This document shows positions 53,283 to 64,000 of a stretch of 64,000 nucleotides of DNA, piece after piece. The translations under genes and the position numbers were made by a program. How positions within the stretch are numbered: position 1 is the first letter of the stretch; every line of letters starts with the position of its first letter. The DNA is from Balanoglossus misakiensis (taxonomy: Eukaryota > Animalia > Hemichordata): assembly GCA_040954595.2 (NCBI GenBank), contig CM082598.2, positions 2,046,001-2,110,000 on the forward strand, written 5' to 3'. The notes under the pieces are model-generated. The model saw only the letters and a program-made list of their open reading frames with translations, had not been told where the DNA came from and ran no database searches.

Positions 53283-54506
53283 ATGGGTGATCTTGGTGCC
53301 CTGGCCAGCTTCAATTCGTTCCGCCTTCAAAAGGCGAAACGCGTCAATGAACTTGAGCAGTACAGGTTGGGTGAACGACTTCGTGTCATCAACAAAAGCA
53401 AGAAGACGATTCTAGAAATGTGCAACAATGATATAAGACTTCTACAGGACGATATTTTGAACATCCGGTTGTCGAGCGGAATCAGCCCAGAAGGGCGACC
53501 TCCTCGTAAAGAGGATAAAGTTCTCCGCAGCGGACAAATTGTCGTGTACCCGTTCTATAACTCTTTACAGAAAATGCCCACATCGGGAAACCTTTACGGC
53601 AGCAATTTACACTCTCACCCGCGGCCGATGAGCTGTCCTCTTGGAAGAAAACACGCGGATCACGATCACAGCTCGGAGAGAGGTCGCCCGAAGTCTCGGT
53701 CTGTGCTTTCTCGCCCGAAGACGAGAGAAACTGATTTTCACGTCGAACCACTGAATCCCGACGGCACGCACAACCGGAAACTTCGGCCAAAAACCGCGCC
53801 GATATCTCGTCGTAAACGAATTGAACCGGATGGTAACCGATGTCGACCGGAGGGAGCAGAAGCGAGTTCGAGTACTGTGGAAAACGGTGAACAAGAAAAA
53901 AGTACGAACATAGCAAAGGATGACATGTCCGATACGGAGGAAGGCGAAAAGACCTCTGAGGAATCTCCTGACGGAGCGGTGGATATCGACTCCAACGGCG
54001 TGGACGCGACTCCCGCAAATAACGACGAGAACGCGGTAGATAGCGAAATGCAAAAATCACAGCCTCTTCGCACTATCAACAAACCAAGAAGAACATCATC
54101 TCTTTTTGCCGGTGCACACGACCTCGACGACGATGAACCGATACCGGGGGAATCGAAGTCGCGGCAGCTGAATCAGTACGTCCCTGCCCCGGCAGCGCTG
54201 TGGGCGGCCTCGAAGAAAACGAAATCCAAGAGGCGATACCGCGATCCGAGAACGCTACTTTTACGCGAGGAAAGCCGAAGCGAGCTCTTTTCTCAGGCAA
54301 CCGAGGAGGAACTGACCAAGGCCCTGGCGAGGCACATGTCCCGACAGACACAGCAAGACCCGACGACACCCACACACGCCAGTCGCCAGAGATCCATCGG
54401 CGGCTACACAAGAGAGAAAGTCCGACACACCATTCGGGCTGTCGAGGGATCGAGTGGACGTACCACTCATCATGAAAGTCGCCGAAAGCGCGTGACATTC
54501 GCCTAA
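53283..54506 (+). CDS. Uncharacterised 407-aa protein: N-terminal coiled coil, long disordered region, C-terminal RVxF motif
   Basis: Long GC-rich ORF, preceded by a strong acceptor (TTTTTTTGCAG, ending 53266) 16 nt before the ATG. Candidate upstream donor AAAG|GTGAGT at 51505; AATAAA at 54638. Heptad-like LQKAKRVNELEQYRLGERLRVINKSKKTILEMCNNDIRLLQDDILNI; ends RRKRVTFA. Confidence 0.8.
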   Translation: MGDLGALASFNSFRLQKAKRVNELEQYRLGERLRVINKSKKTILEMCNNDIRLLQDDILNIRLSSGISPEGRPPRKEDKVLRSGQIVVYPFYNSLQKMPTSGNLYGSNLHSHPRPMSCPLGRKHADHDHSSERGRPKSRSVLSRPKTRETDFHVEPLNPDGTHNRKLRPKTAPISRRKRIEPDGNRCRPEGAEASSSTVENGEQEKSTNIAKDDMSDTEEGEKTSEESPDGAVDIDSNGVDATPANNDENAVDSEMQKSQPLRTINKPRRTSSLFAGAHDLDDDEPIPGESKSRQLNQYVPAPAALWAASKKTKSKRRYRDPRTLLLREESRSELFSQATEEELTKALARHMSRQTQQDPTTPTHASRQRSIGGYTREKVRHTIRAVEGSSGRTTHHESRRKRVTFA

Positions 54507-54987
54507 TTTTATAGAACCCAACTAAATTTGGCACAGACTATGGATATCACCGTATCCAACAACGTCATACCAGAATCTACCCCCTTAATCGTGATCCTAC
54601 ACTTATTAGCTTGAACATTTATTGAAAAGTCGATTCGAATAAACCTACTGTCATTCAATAACGTAACATTGACTTGTTATTGTAGTAAAACATTTTTTTT
54701 AAAACAGGGAAAATATGTAATCATTTCTTTAAAATCTGTTAAAATAAACTTACATATACATTGCCTGATATACAGGGTTGTAAACAGTGGAGTAATTTCT
54801 GACGGCTTCCAGTGTTGTGAGTAACACATTTTTTTCGTATACAATTAAACTTCATCCCAACATAGTTCCTATCTTGTTGGAAACAAAAAAATGAATGAAC
54901 TGGTATCTGCTGCTGTGTATGTAGGATGGCAGACGACAGCAGACACAGTTTGCAGTCTGTTGTAGTCTGATTACTATCATCTACAGT

Positions 54988-57900
54988 TCATCAGGAGAGA
55001 GAAAGATAACTCAGGGAACTCTTATTCGCACCGCTGCGGTGCAAACTCTTATTTGCACCGCTGCGGTGCAAAGTCGTGTCTTTCCGTCCGCATGACCAAC
55101 CAAGGAGCGAAAAAGTCGTTATTTGGGCCGTAATAAAAGGTTTTTGTCGTCGAGGAGTGAATAAAGAACGGTCAGATCGTGGCAGGGAACTCTTATTCGC
55201 ACCGCTGCGGTGCAAACTCTTATTTGCACCGCTGCGGTGCAAATAAGAATTTGCACCACTGCGGTGCAAATAAGATCATGGCTGTTATGCTGCAATATAG
55301 TGCGGTAAATTTCGGACTGTTTCGAGTACAGATCGTGATGGCGAAGGGGTCACGAAGGCTAGGCTTTTACCTGAAGGCGTCAACTGATGTTGGTTCGAGA
55401 CCACTTTTTTTCTATTCCTTTTTTTTTGGAGAACTTTTAACGACATTATCATTGTAATTTTTATCATTTTCATAAATCCAATTCATTTCAATATCTACGC
55501 TGCGTTTTTTATCTGTCGGGTATAAGAAACATGCATGGAAACTTGGTCATTTTTTTGTCGCGGTTCACTTTGGCAAGTCTGTATACCGTCGGAGTGCTCA
55601 TCAGGAGAGAGAAAGATAAACTCGCTAAAGTCGTGTCTTTCCGTCCGCATGGCCAACCAAGGAGCGAAAAAGTCGTTATGTGGGCCGTAATAAAACGTTT
55701 TTGTCGTCGAGGAGTGAATAAAGAACGGTCAGATCGTGGCAGGGAACTCTTATTCGCACCGCTGCGGTGCAAACTCTTATTTGCACCGCTGCGGTGCAAA
55801 TAAGAATTTGCGTCACTGCGGTGCAAATAAGATCATGGCTGTTATGCTGCAATATAGTGCGGTAAATTTCGGACTGTTTCGAGTACAGATCGTGATGGCG
55901 AAGGGGTCACGAAGGCTAGGCTTTTACCTGAAGGTGTCAACTGATGTTGGTTCGAGACCACTTTTTTTTCTATTTCTTTTTTTTGGAGAACTTTTAACGA
56001 CATTATCATTGTAATTTTTATCATTTTCATAAATCCAATTCATTTCAATATCTACGCTGCGTTTTTTATCTGTCGGGTATAAGAAACATGCAGGGAAACT
56101 TGGTCATTTTTTTTGTCGCGGTTCACTTTGGCAAGTCTGTTTACGGAGTGCTCATCAGGAGAGAGAAAGATAAACTCGCTAAAGTCGTGTCTTTCCGTCC
56201 GCATGGCCAACCAAGGAGCGAAAAAGTCGTTATGTGGGCCGTAATAAAACGTTTTTGTCGTCGAGGAGTGAATACAGAACGGTCAGATCGTGGCAGGGAA
56301 CTCTTATTCGCACCGCTGCGGTGCAAACTCTTATTTGCACCGCTGCGGTGCAAATAAGAATTTGCGTCACTGCGGTGCAAATAAGATCATGGCTGTTATG
56401 CTGCAATATAGTGCGGTAAATTTCGGACTGTTGCGAGTACAGATCGTGATGGCGAAGGGGTCACGAAGGCTAGGCTTTTACCTGAAGGTGTCAACTGATG
56501 TTGGTTCGAGACCACTTTTTTTTCTATTTCTTTTTTTTGGAGAACTTTTAACGACATTATCATTGTAATTTTTATCATTTTCATAAATCCAATTCATTTC
56601 AATATCTACGCTGCGTTTTTTATCTGTTGGGTATAAGAAACATGCATGGAAACTTGGTCATTTTTTTTGTCGCGGTTCACTTTGGCAAGTCTGTATACGG
56701 AGTGCTCATCAGGAGAGAGAAAGATAAACTCGCTAAAGTCGTGTCTTTCCGTCCGCATGGCCAACCAAGGAGCGAAAAAGTCGTTATGTGGGCCGTAATA
56801 AAACGTTTTTGTCGTCGAGGAGTGAATAAAGAACGGTCAGATCGTGGCAGGGAACTCTTATTCGCACCGCTGCGGTGCAAACTCTTATTTGCACCGCTGC
56901 GGTGCAAATAAAAATTTGCACCACTGCGGTGCAAATAAGATCATGGCTGTTATGCTGCAATAGTGCGGTAAATTTCGGACTGTTTCGAGTACAGATCGTG
57001 ATGGCGAAGGGGTCACGAAGGCTAGCCTTTTACCTGAAGGTGTCAACTGATGTTGGTTCGAGACCACTTTTTTTTCTATTTCTTTTTTTTTGGAGAACTT
57101 TTAACGACATTATCATTGTAATTTTTATCATTTTCATAAATCCAATTCATTTCAATATCTACGCTGCGTTTTTTATCTGTTGGGTATAAGAAACATGCAG
57201 GGAAACTTGGTCATTTTTTTTGTCGCGGTTCACTTTGGCAAGTCTGTATACGGAGTGCTCATCAGGAGAGAGAAAGATAAACTCGCTAAAGTCGTGTCTT
57301 TCCGTCCGCATGGCCAACCAAGGAGCGAAAAAGTCGTTATTTGGGCCGTAATAAAACGTTTTTGTCGTCGAGGAGTGAATAAAGAACGGTCAGATCGTGG
57401 CAGGGAACTCTTATTCGCACCGCTGCGGTGCAAACTCTTATTTGCACCGCTGCGGTGCAAATAAGAATTTGCGTCACTGCGGTGCAAATAAGATCATGGC
57501 TGTTATGCTGCAATATAGTGCGGTAAATTTCGGACTGTTTCGAGTACAGATCGTGATGGCGAAGGGGTCACGAAGGCTAGGCTTTTACCTGAAGGTGTCA
57601 ACTGATGTTGGTTCGAGACCACTTTTTTTTCTATTTCTTTTTTTTGGAGAACTTTTAACGACATTATCATTGTAATTTTTATCATTTTCATAAATCCAAT
57701 TCATTTCAATATCTACGCTGCGTTTTTTATCTGTTGGGTATAAGAAACATGCAGGGAAACTTGGTCATTTTTTTGTCGCGGTTCACTTTGGCAAGTCTGT
57801 ATACGGAGTGCTCATCAGGAGAGAGAAAGATAAACTCGCTAAAGTCGTGTCTTTCCGTCCGCATGGCCAACCAAGGAGCGAAAAAGTCGTTATGTGGGCC

Positions 57901-60900
57901 GTAATAAAACGTTTTTGTCGTCGAGGAGTGAATACAGAACGGTCAGATCGTGGCAGGGAACTCTTATTCGCACCGCTGCGGTGCAAACTCTTATTTGCAC
58001 CGCTGCGGTGCAAATAAGAATTTGCGTCACTGCGGTGCAAATAAGATCATGGCTGTTATGCTGCAATATAGTGCGGTAAATTTCGGACTGTTTCGAGTAC
58101 TGATCATGATGGCGAAGGGGTCACGAAGGCTAGGCTTTTACCTGAAGGTGTCAACTGATGTTGGTTCGAGACCAGATTTTTTCTATTTCTTTTTTTTTTG
58201 GAGAACTTTTAACGACATTATCATTGTAATTTTTATCATTTTCATAAATCCAATTCATTTCAATATCTACGCTGCGTTTTTTATCTGTCGGGTATAAGTA
58301 ACATGCATGGAAACTTGGTCATTTTTTTGTCGCGGTTCACTTTGGCAAGTCTGTATACCGTCGGAGTGCTCATCAGGAGAGAGAAAGATAAACTCGCTAA
58401 AGTCGTGTCTTTCCGTCCGCATGACCAACCAAGGAGCGAAAAAGTCGTTATTTGGGCCGTAATAAAACGTTTTTGTCGTCGAGGAGTGAATAAAGAACGG
58501 TCAGATCGTGGCAGGGAACTCTTATTCGCACCGCTGCGGTGCAAACTCTTATTTGCACCGCTGCGGTGCAAATAAGAATTTGCGTCACTGCGGTGCAAAT
58601 AAGATCATGGCTGTTATGCTGCAATATAGTGCGGTAAATTTCGGACTGTTTCAAGTACTGATCGTGATGGCGAAGGGGTCACGAAGGCTAGGCTTTTACC
58701 TGAAGGTGTCAACTGATGTTGGTTCGAGACCACTTTTTTTTCTATTTCTTTTTTTTGGAGAACTTTTAACGACATTATCATTGTAATTTTTATCATTTTC
58801 ATAAATCCAATTCATTTCAATATCTACGCTGCGTTTTTTATCTGTCGGGTATAAGTAACATGCATGGAAACTTGGTCATTTTTTTGTCGCGGTTCACTTT
58901 GGCAAGTCTGTATACCGTCGGAGTGCTCATCAGGAGAGAGAAAGATAAACTCGCTAAAGTCGTGTCTTTCCGTCCGCATGACCAACCAAGGAGCGAAAAA
59001 GTCGTTATTTGGGCCGTAATAAAACGTTTTTGTCGTCGAGGAGTGAATAAAGAACGGTCAGATCGTGGCAGGGAACTCTTATTCGCACCGCTGCGGTGCA
59101 AACTCTTATTTGCACCGCTGCGGTGCAAATAAGAATTTGCGTCACTGCGGTGCAAATAAGATCATGGCTGTTATGCTGCAATATAGTGCGGTAAATTTCG
59201 GACTGTTTCAAGTACTGATCGTGATGGCGAAGGGGTCACGAAGGCTAGGCTTTTACCTGAAGGTGTCAACTGATGTTGGTTCGAGACCACTTTTTTTTCT
59301 ATTTCTTTTTTTTGGAGAACTTTTAACGACATTATCATTGTAATTTTTATCATTTTCATAAATCCAATTCATTTCAATATCTACGCTGCGTTTTTTATCT
59401 GTCGGGTATAAGAAACATGCAGGGAAACTTGGTCATTTTTTTTGTCGCGGTTCACTTTGGCAAGTCTGTATACGGAGTGCTCATCAGGAGAGAGAAAGAT
59501 AAACTCGCTAAAGTCGTGTCTTTCCGTCCGCATGACCAACCAAGGAGCGAAAAAGTCGTTATTTGGGCCGTAATAAAACGTTTTTGTCGTCGAGGAGTGA
59601 ATAAAGAACGGTCAGATCGTGGCAGGGAACTCTTATTCGCACCGCTGCGGTGCAAACTCTTATTTGCACCGCTGCGGTGCAAATAAGAATTTGCACCACT
59701 GCGGTGCAAATAAGATCATGGCTGTTATGCTGCAATATAGTGCGGTAAATTTCGGACTGTTTCGAGTACAGATCGTGATGGCGAAGGGGTCACGAAGGCT
59801 AGGCTTTTACCTGAAGGTGTCAACTGATGTTGGTTCGAGACCACTTTTTTTTCTATTTCTTTTTTTTGGAGAACTTTTAACGACATTATCATTGTAATTT
59901 TTATCATTTTCATAAATCCAATTCATTTCAATATCTACGCTACGTTTTTTATCTGTCGGGTATAAGTAACATGCATGGAAACTTGGTCATTTTTTTTGTC
60001 GCGGTTCACTTTGGCAAGTCTGTATACGGAGTGCTCATCAGGAGAGAGAAAGATAAACTCGCTAAAGTCGTGTCTTTACGTCCGCATGACCAACCAAGGA
60101 GCGAAAAAGTCGTTATTTGGGCCGTAATAAAACGTTTTTGTCGTCGAGGAGTGAATAAAGAACGGTCAGATCGTGGCAGGGAACTCTTATTCGCACCGCT
60201 GCGGTGCAAACTCTTATTTGCACCGCTGCGGTGCAAATAAGAATTTGCGTCACTGCGGTGCAAATAAGATCATGGCTGTTATGCTGCAATAGTGCGGTAA
60301 ATTTCGGACTGTTTCGAGTACAGATCGTGATGGCGAAGGGGTCACGAAGGCTAGGCTTTTACCTGAAGGTGTCAACTGATGTTGGTTCGAGACCACTTTT
60401 TTTTCTATTTCTTTTTTTTGGAGAACTTTTAACGACATTATCATTGTAATTTTTATCATTTTCATAAATCCAATTCATTTCAATATCTACGCTGCGTTTT
60501 TTATCTGTCGGGTATAAGTAACATGCAGGGAAACTTGGTCATTTTTTTGTCGCGGTTCACTTTGGCAAGTCTGTATACGGAGTGCTCATCAGGAGAGAGA
60601 AAGATAAACTCGCTAAAGTCGTGTCTTTACGTCCGCATGACCAACCAAGGAGCGAAAAAGTCGTTATTTGGGCCGTAATAAAACGTTTTTGTCGTCGAGG
60701 AGTGAATAAAGAACGGTCAGATCGTGGCAGGGAACTCTTATTCGCACCGCTGCGGTGCAAAGTCTTATTTGCACCGCTGCGGTGCAAATAAGAATTTGCG
60801 TCACTGCGGTGCAAATAAGATCATGGCTGTTATGCTGCAATATAGTGCGGTAAATTTCGGACTGTTTCGAGTACAGATCGTGATGGCGAAGGGGTCACGA

Positions 60901-61095
60901 AGGCTAGGCTTTTACCTGAAGGTGTCAACTGATGTTGGTTCGAGACCACTTTTTTTTCTATTTCTTTTTTTTGGAGAACTTTTAACGACATTATCATTGT
61001 AATTTTTATCATTTTCATAAATCCAATTCATTTCAATATCTACGCTGCGTTTTTTATCTGTCGGGTATAAGAAACATGCAGGGAAACTTGGTCAT
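54988..61095. repeat. ~555-bp macrosatellite, 11 tandem copies
   Basis: Successive units are spaced 552-558 bp apart. Each has three TTTGCACCGCTGCGGTGCAAA-type palindromes and an A-box/B-box/oligo-T cassette. Confidence 0.97.
55331..55411 (+). ncRNA. Putative tRNA-like RNA Pol III transcription unit (first of 11 copies)
   Basis: A-box TGGCGAAGGGG (55339-55349), B-box GGTTCGAGACC (55392-55402), T7 terminator (55405-55411). Other copies start at 55888, 56442, 56994, 57549, 58102, 58660, 59217, 59771, 60323 and 60876. There is no 3' acceptor strand, so it is not a canonical tRNA. Confidence 0.5.
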
Positions 61096-61841
61096 GTTTT
61101 TCAGTTTTTACCTTCGCTTCATCTTTACTGTCATCGTTTTGTTGCTGACACATGTAAACACCTGGCCGCCTTTCAAATCTCGCACTTCGCGATAGCCAAC
61201 GTGATGAGTACGTTTTACATACGTTCGTACTGGAGGAAATAGTAACAAACAAATGGAACCCCAAATGGCGCTGATTAGTGACGGTGTGTAGGCTGTAGCA
61301 GACGACGATCGAGCGGCCGCGGAGTCAGTATAGCGCTTGTGATTACCTTCAAGTTGGTAAGTTACAATTTTAACTTCTTTGCGTTCAATTTTAACATATT
61401 CCTAGTTGCGTGTGTGCTTGCTGAATTTAATTGGCGAAGGTTGACTGTATACATGCATGCATACTGTAGCCTGACGCGCGCCTTTTTTAGCAGAGCGAGT
61501 GCACGTAACGAGTACCCCGGCCGCTCCTGTTAAATTTATGTTGATCCACTGTCTGTGGTAGATCTTAGAAAGCGGCAAATGTTTCCGTAAAGATGGGTGA
61601 ATTGTGGTGCGAATCAGTGCTTTGGTTAAGGTGGTATTTCTCCGCTTGTCTTTTCTTGTGTAGGTTGACGTTGTATGTACAGTGTAGTAGGCAGCCAGTA
61701 TGTAGAACGCGCGTTCCGCCGGCCGCTGGTGACCATGATACCGTATCAAGACCAACTGATAACGTTAAACGAGACCGTGGATGATGTGTGCATGGATTTC
61801 AGCTCTCAGAACAATTTCCTACATAACGAAGGACAACTGGA

Positions 61842-61952
61842 ATGTCACGAAAATCAAAGACCATTGTGAAACTGAGGATGGGCCAAGGAAATGTGAAAAC
61901 GAACGAAGCAACCGCGAGGAGGCGCACTTCTCTTCCTTCTGTGGATACCAAG
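61842..61952 (+). CDS. Probable first coding exon of a downstream gene whose later exons I could not locate in the window (MSRKSKTIVKLRMGQGNVKTNEATARRRTSLPSVDTK)
   Basis: CpG-rich promoter-like region 61150-61356 with donor TTG|GTAAGT at 61356; acceptor TTTTCTTGTGTAG at 61663; donor AAG|GTATGT at 61952 in phase 0. The product is not recognised. Confidence 0.4.
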
Positions 61953-64000
61953 GTATGTCCTATTTGTGGTATATTTCATGTTGGGTTTCGGGCTGGTCTA
62001 AAATTTTGTAGTCTGGTCATTTGAGGCCACATGAGTTATTTGGCTTACTGTTTCTTGTAAATGCCAATAGTTGACTATTCGTTTGTGTATTTTGCCATCA
62101 CTAGGCCTATATAGAGTTTAAAAGAAATCCACCGTCTGTAGCAAAGCGCGAGATTTGACGCGATCTTCTTCCTTCCATCCGTACATCCAAATACCCTCCC
62201 ATCCTCAAGACCCTCTCATCCATGATCCACCCATCCGTATCCATCATCCATCCTTATAAATTTGAAACAATTTCATCTCAACAATAACAACGACTTTGAG
62301 TGTTGTTCAATTTACACTGCAGCGATTTGTGACACGGGTTTAAAAATGAGTGCGTGAGTTGACACTAGGGGGCGCTATGGAAAATTGGTCATTGTAAACC
62401 TGCGCGGTAAGAAAGTAATACGTGAGCATGGTGAGACCAATCTAAGCGCAACGGTGTCAAATATAAGAAATTGCAAGGAAGCAATCACTGACATTAGCCT
62501 TGCGATAAGCAGGACTATTTTGAATACCCCGGGTTTAGATGACAATTTTCGATTGTGGGAAAAAATGATTGCTAGATAAGTAGCGGAGAGTGACAAAAAC
62601 CGTACCTTACCTACAACTATCCCCAATTTGCGTTCACCTATTGCACTTTACATGTTGGCCCAGATTTAGTGCAGAACTATCACCGATAAAAATGTGATAT
62701 AGGTACATGCAGTTTGATCGAAAAGGGCTAAATGTGAGTCCCCGATTGGCGAAATTATGCCTCAGTTGATATTGCACATCCAATTTCTCATAATCTTTAA
62801 TAGTACGACCTTTTAAAGATTACACGAGCTAAACTGTAGGTCAGTATTTCTTGACTTGCAAAATACATAACACGTAGGCGGCACGAGAACATTCTAAAAA
62901 TATCTGGAAGACGGAGAGCGATCAATAATTCTAGATAAACTGATCAATTACATCAAGGGCACATCATTGAACGCCAGCACAACCAAGCGCTTTAATCGAA
63001 ACTTATAAACCGAAAAAATACGGATCTCATCAGCAGATAAATTAAAGTTTCACTGTAATGATTTTGTCGGCAAAACCAATTCAGTATCAAGGCCGTACAA
63101 CCTCCGACCCACGTCTTAATTTGATGTTCCCATGGTCATGCTCGCGATGCATACAAACACTCAGCCAAGAGCAAATATTAAATACCTCTCCCTGACGAAG
63201 GCAATATTTAATTGTGTTCAATCGACTCATTCGCTGGACAAGGAAGAAAGTAACGTTACTTGAAATTTTTTAACGATATATACATTATATATACACATTA
63301 TTTATGATAGATGATGAATAATCGAAATATACAGGACGTCATTTGGCCTTTTACCGACGTATAATGATAACAACGTTATCTTCTTAAATCGGTGTGCCGT
63401 CCTGATACTGATAGGGTAAAGAAACTTTCGCTCGCGTTTTCAAGCGCAAAAAGGAGATCTTTACGATTCGTGTTTGCCTTTCTGTGACATCTATTGAAGA
63501 TGGCCTATTCAGAAAAAATGAGTGATTTGGAGATGATATTTCCAAGTTCTATTTCCAGGGTATTCTTATCATTGAAAGTGATAAGATGCAATCGGCCGAG
63601 GTATATGGAAACTGCAAATTTGGCATTTCCCTCAAAGGTCGGAACCTCGTTTCCATTTGAAGCGCGTGAAAGAAACGCCATCAAAGTGTGTAATAAGCGT
63701 TTTGACAAGAGAATATAGTTATCAAGTATGAAAGCATGTTGTGGCAAAACGTGTACGTGAATGACACAGCATCATTCGTCACTACAAAGAAATATTATTT
63801 AAAAGGTAAAAAGCAACCACTCGCACGAGTGTGGCCTTTATCTCTTCGGGCGATGTGACGTCATCGCTCGTTACTCAAGCAATCCAAACTTTACATATGA
63901 GACGAACTTGATATAATTGGTTTAAGATCACTTTCCATCCGCCATGCATGCAAGCGCTCAGTATAATTACATACATATTACTCTTCGTGCAAAATGGCTC

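Noticed and set aside
53482-54534. Antisense and alternative-frame ORFs (86-192 aa) over the 407-aa ORF
   Set aside because: Shadow ORFs of GC-rich coding sequence, with no splice or poly(A) support.
55331-55411. Canonical tRNA-Lys/Leu gene
   Set aside because: No 3' acceptor strand, a 6-nt anticodon loop and a short T stem; retained only as a tRNA-like Pol III cassette.
55590-55610. CTGATGA hammerhead-ribozyme core on the minus strand of each 555-bp unit
   Set aside because: No properly placed GAAA after a stem II (CAAA or GACA instead), and stems I and III cannot be formed convincingly.
54991-61018. Dozens of 60-115-aa ORFs in the 555-bp array
   Set aside because: Repetitive translations on both strands. 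Unit lengths vary by non-multiples of three, and no domain is recognisable.
54988-61095. CRISPR-like array (palindromic repeats)
   Set aside because: Eukaryotic context; the sequences between palindromes are identical from unit to unit rather than unique spacers; no cas genes.

Overview
AT-rich, intron-rich eukaryotic genomic DNA from an invertebrate metazoan. An ambulacrarian (hemichordate/echinoderm-type) origin is my inference and is not proven. I reconstructed splice junctions by hand. The window holds a 12-exon inscuteable (INSC) gene (+, CDS 3353-11803, 514 aa) convergent with a 12-exon clade-3 catalase (-, CDS 19505-13654, 508 aa, C-terminal ANL). Two paralogous two-exon genes encode signal peptide + short peptide + KR + one Kirre/nephrin-like Ig domain (21579-22395; 29516-45284); the second has a G-K-R amidation signature. 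There is also a single-coding-exon 407-aa coiled-coil/disordered protein ending in an RVxF motif (53283-54506) and the probable 5' end of another gene (~61.3-62 kb). Repeats: about 41 copies of a 141-bp palindrome-rich satellite (39.16-44.90 kb), a related foldback element between INSC and CAT, several MITE families, and 11 copies of a ~555-bp unit (54.99-61.10 kb). Each ~555-bp unit carries three GC palindromes and an A-box/B-box/oligo-T tRNA-like Pol III cassette. The strongest leads are the peptide-KR-Ig precursors and the tandem Pol III cassette array. Most ORFs in the supplied track are spurious.
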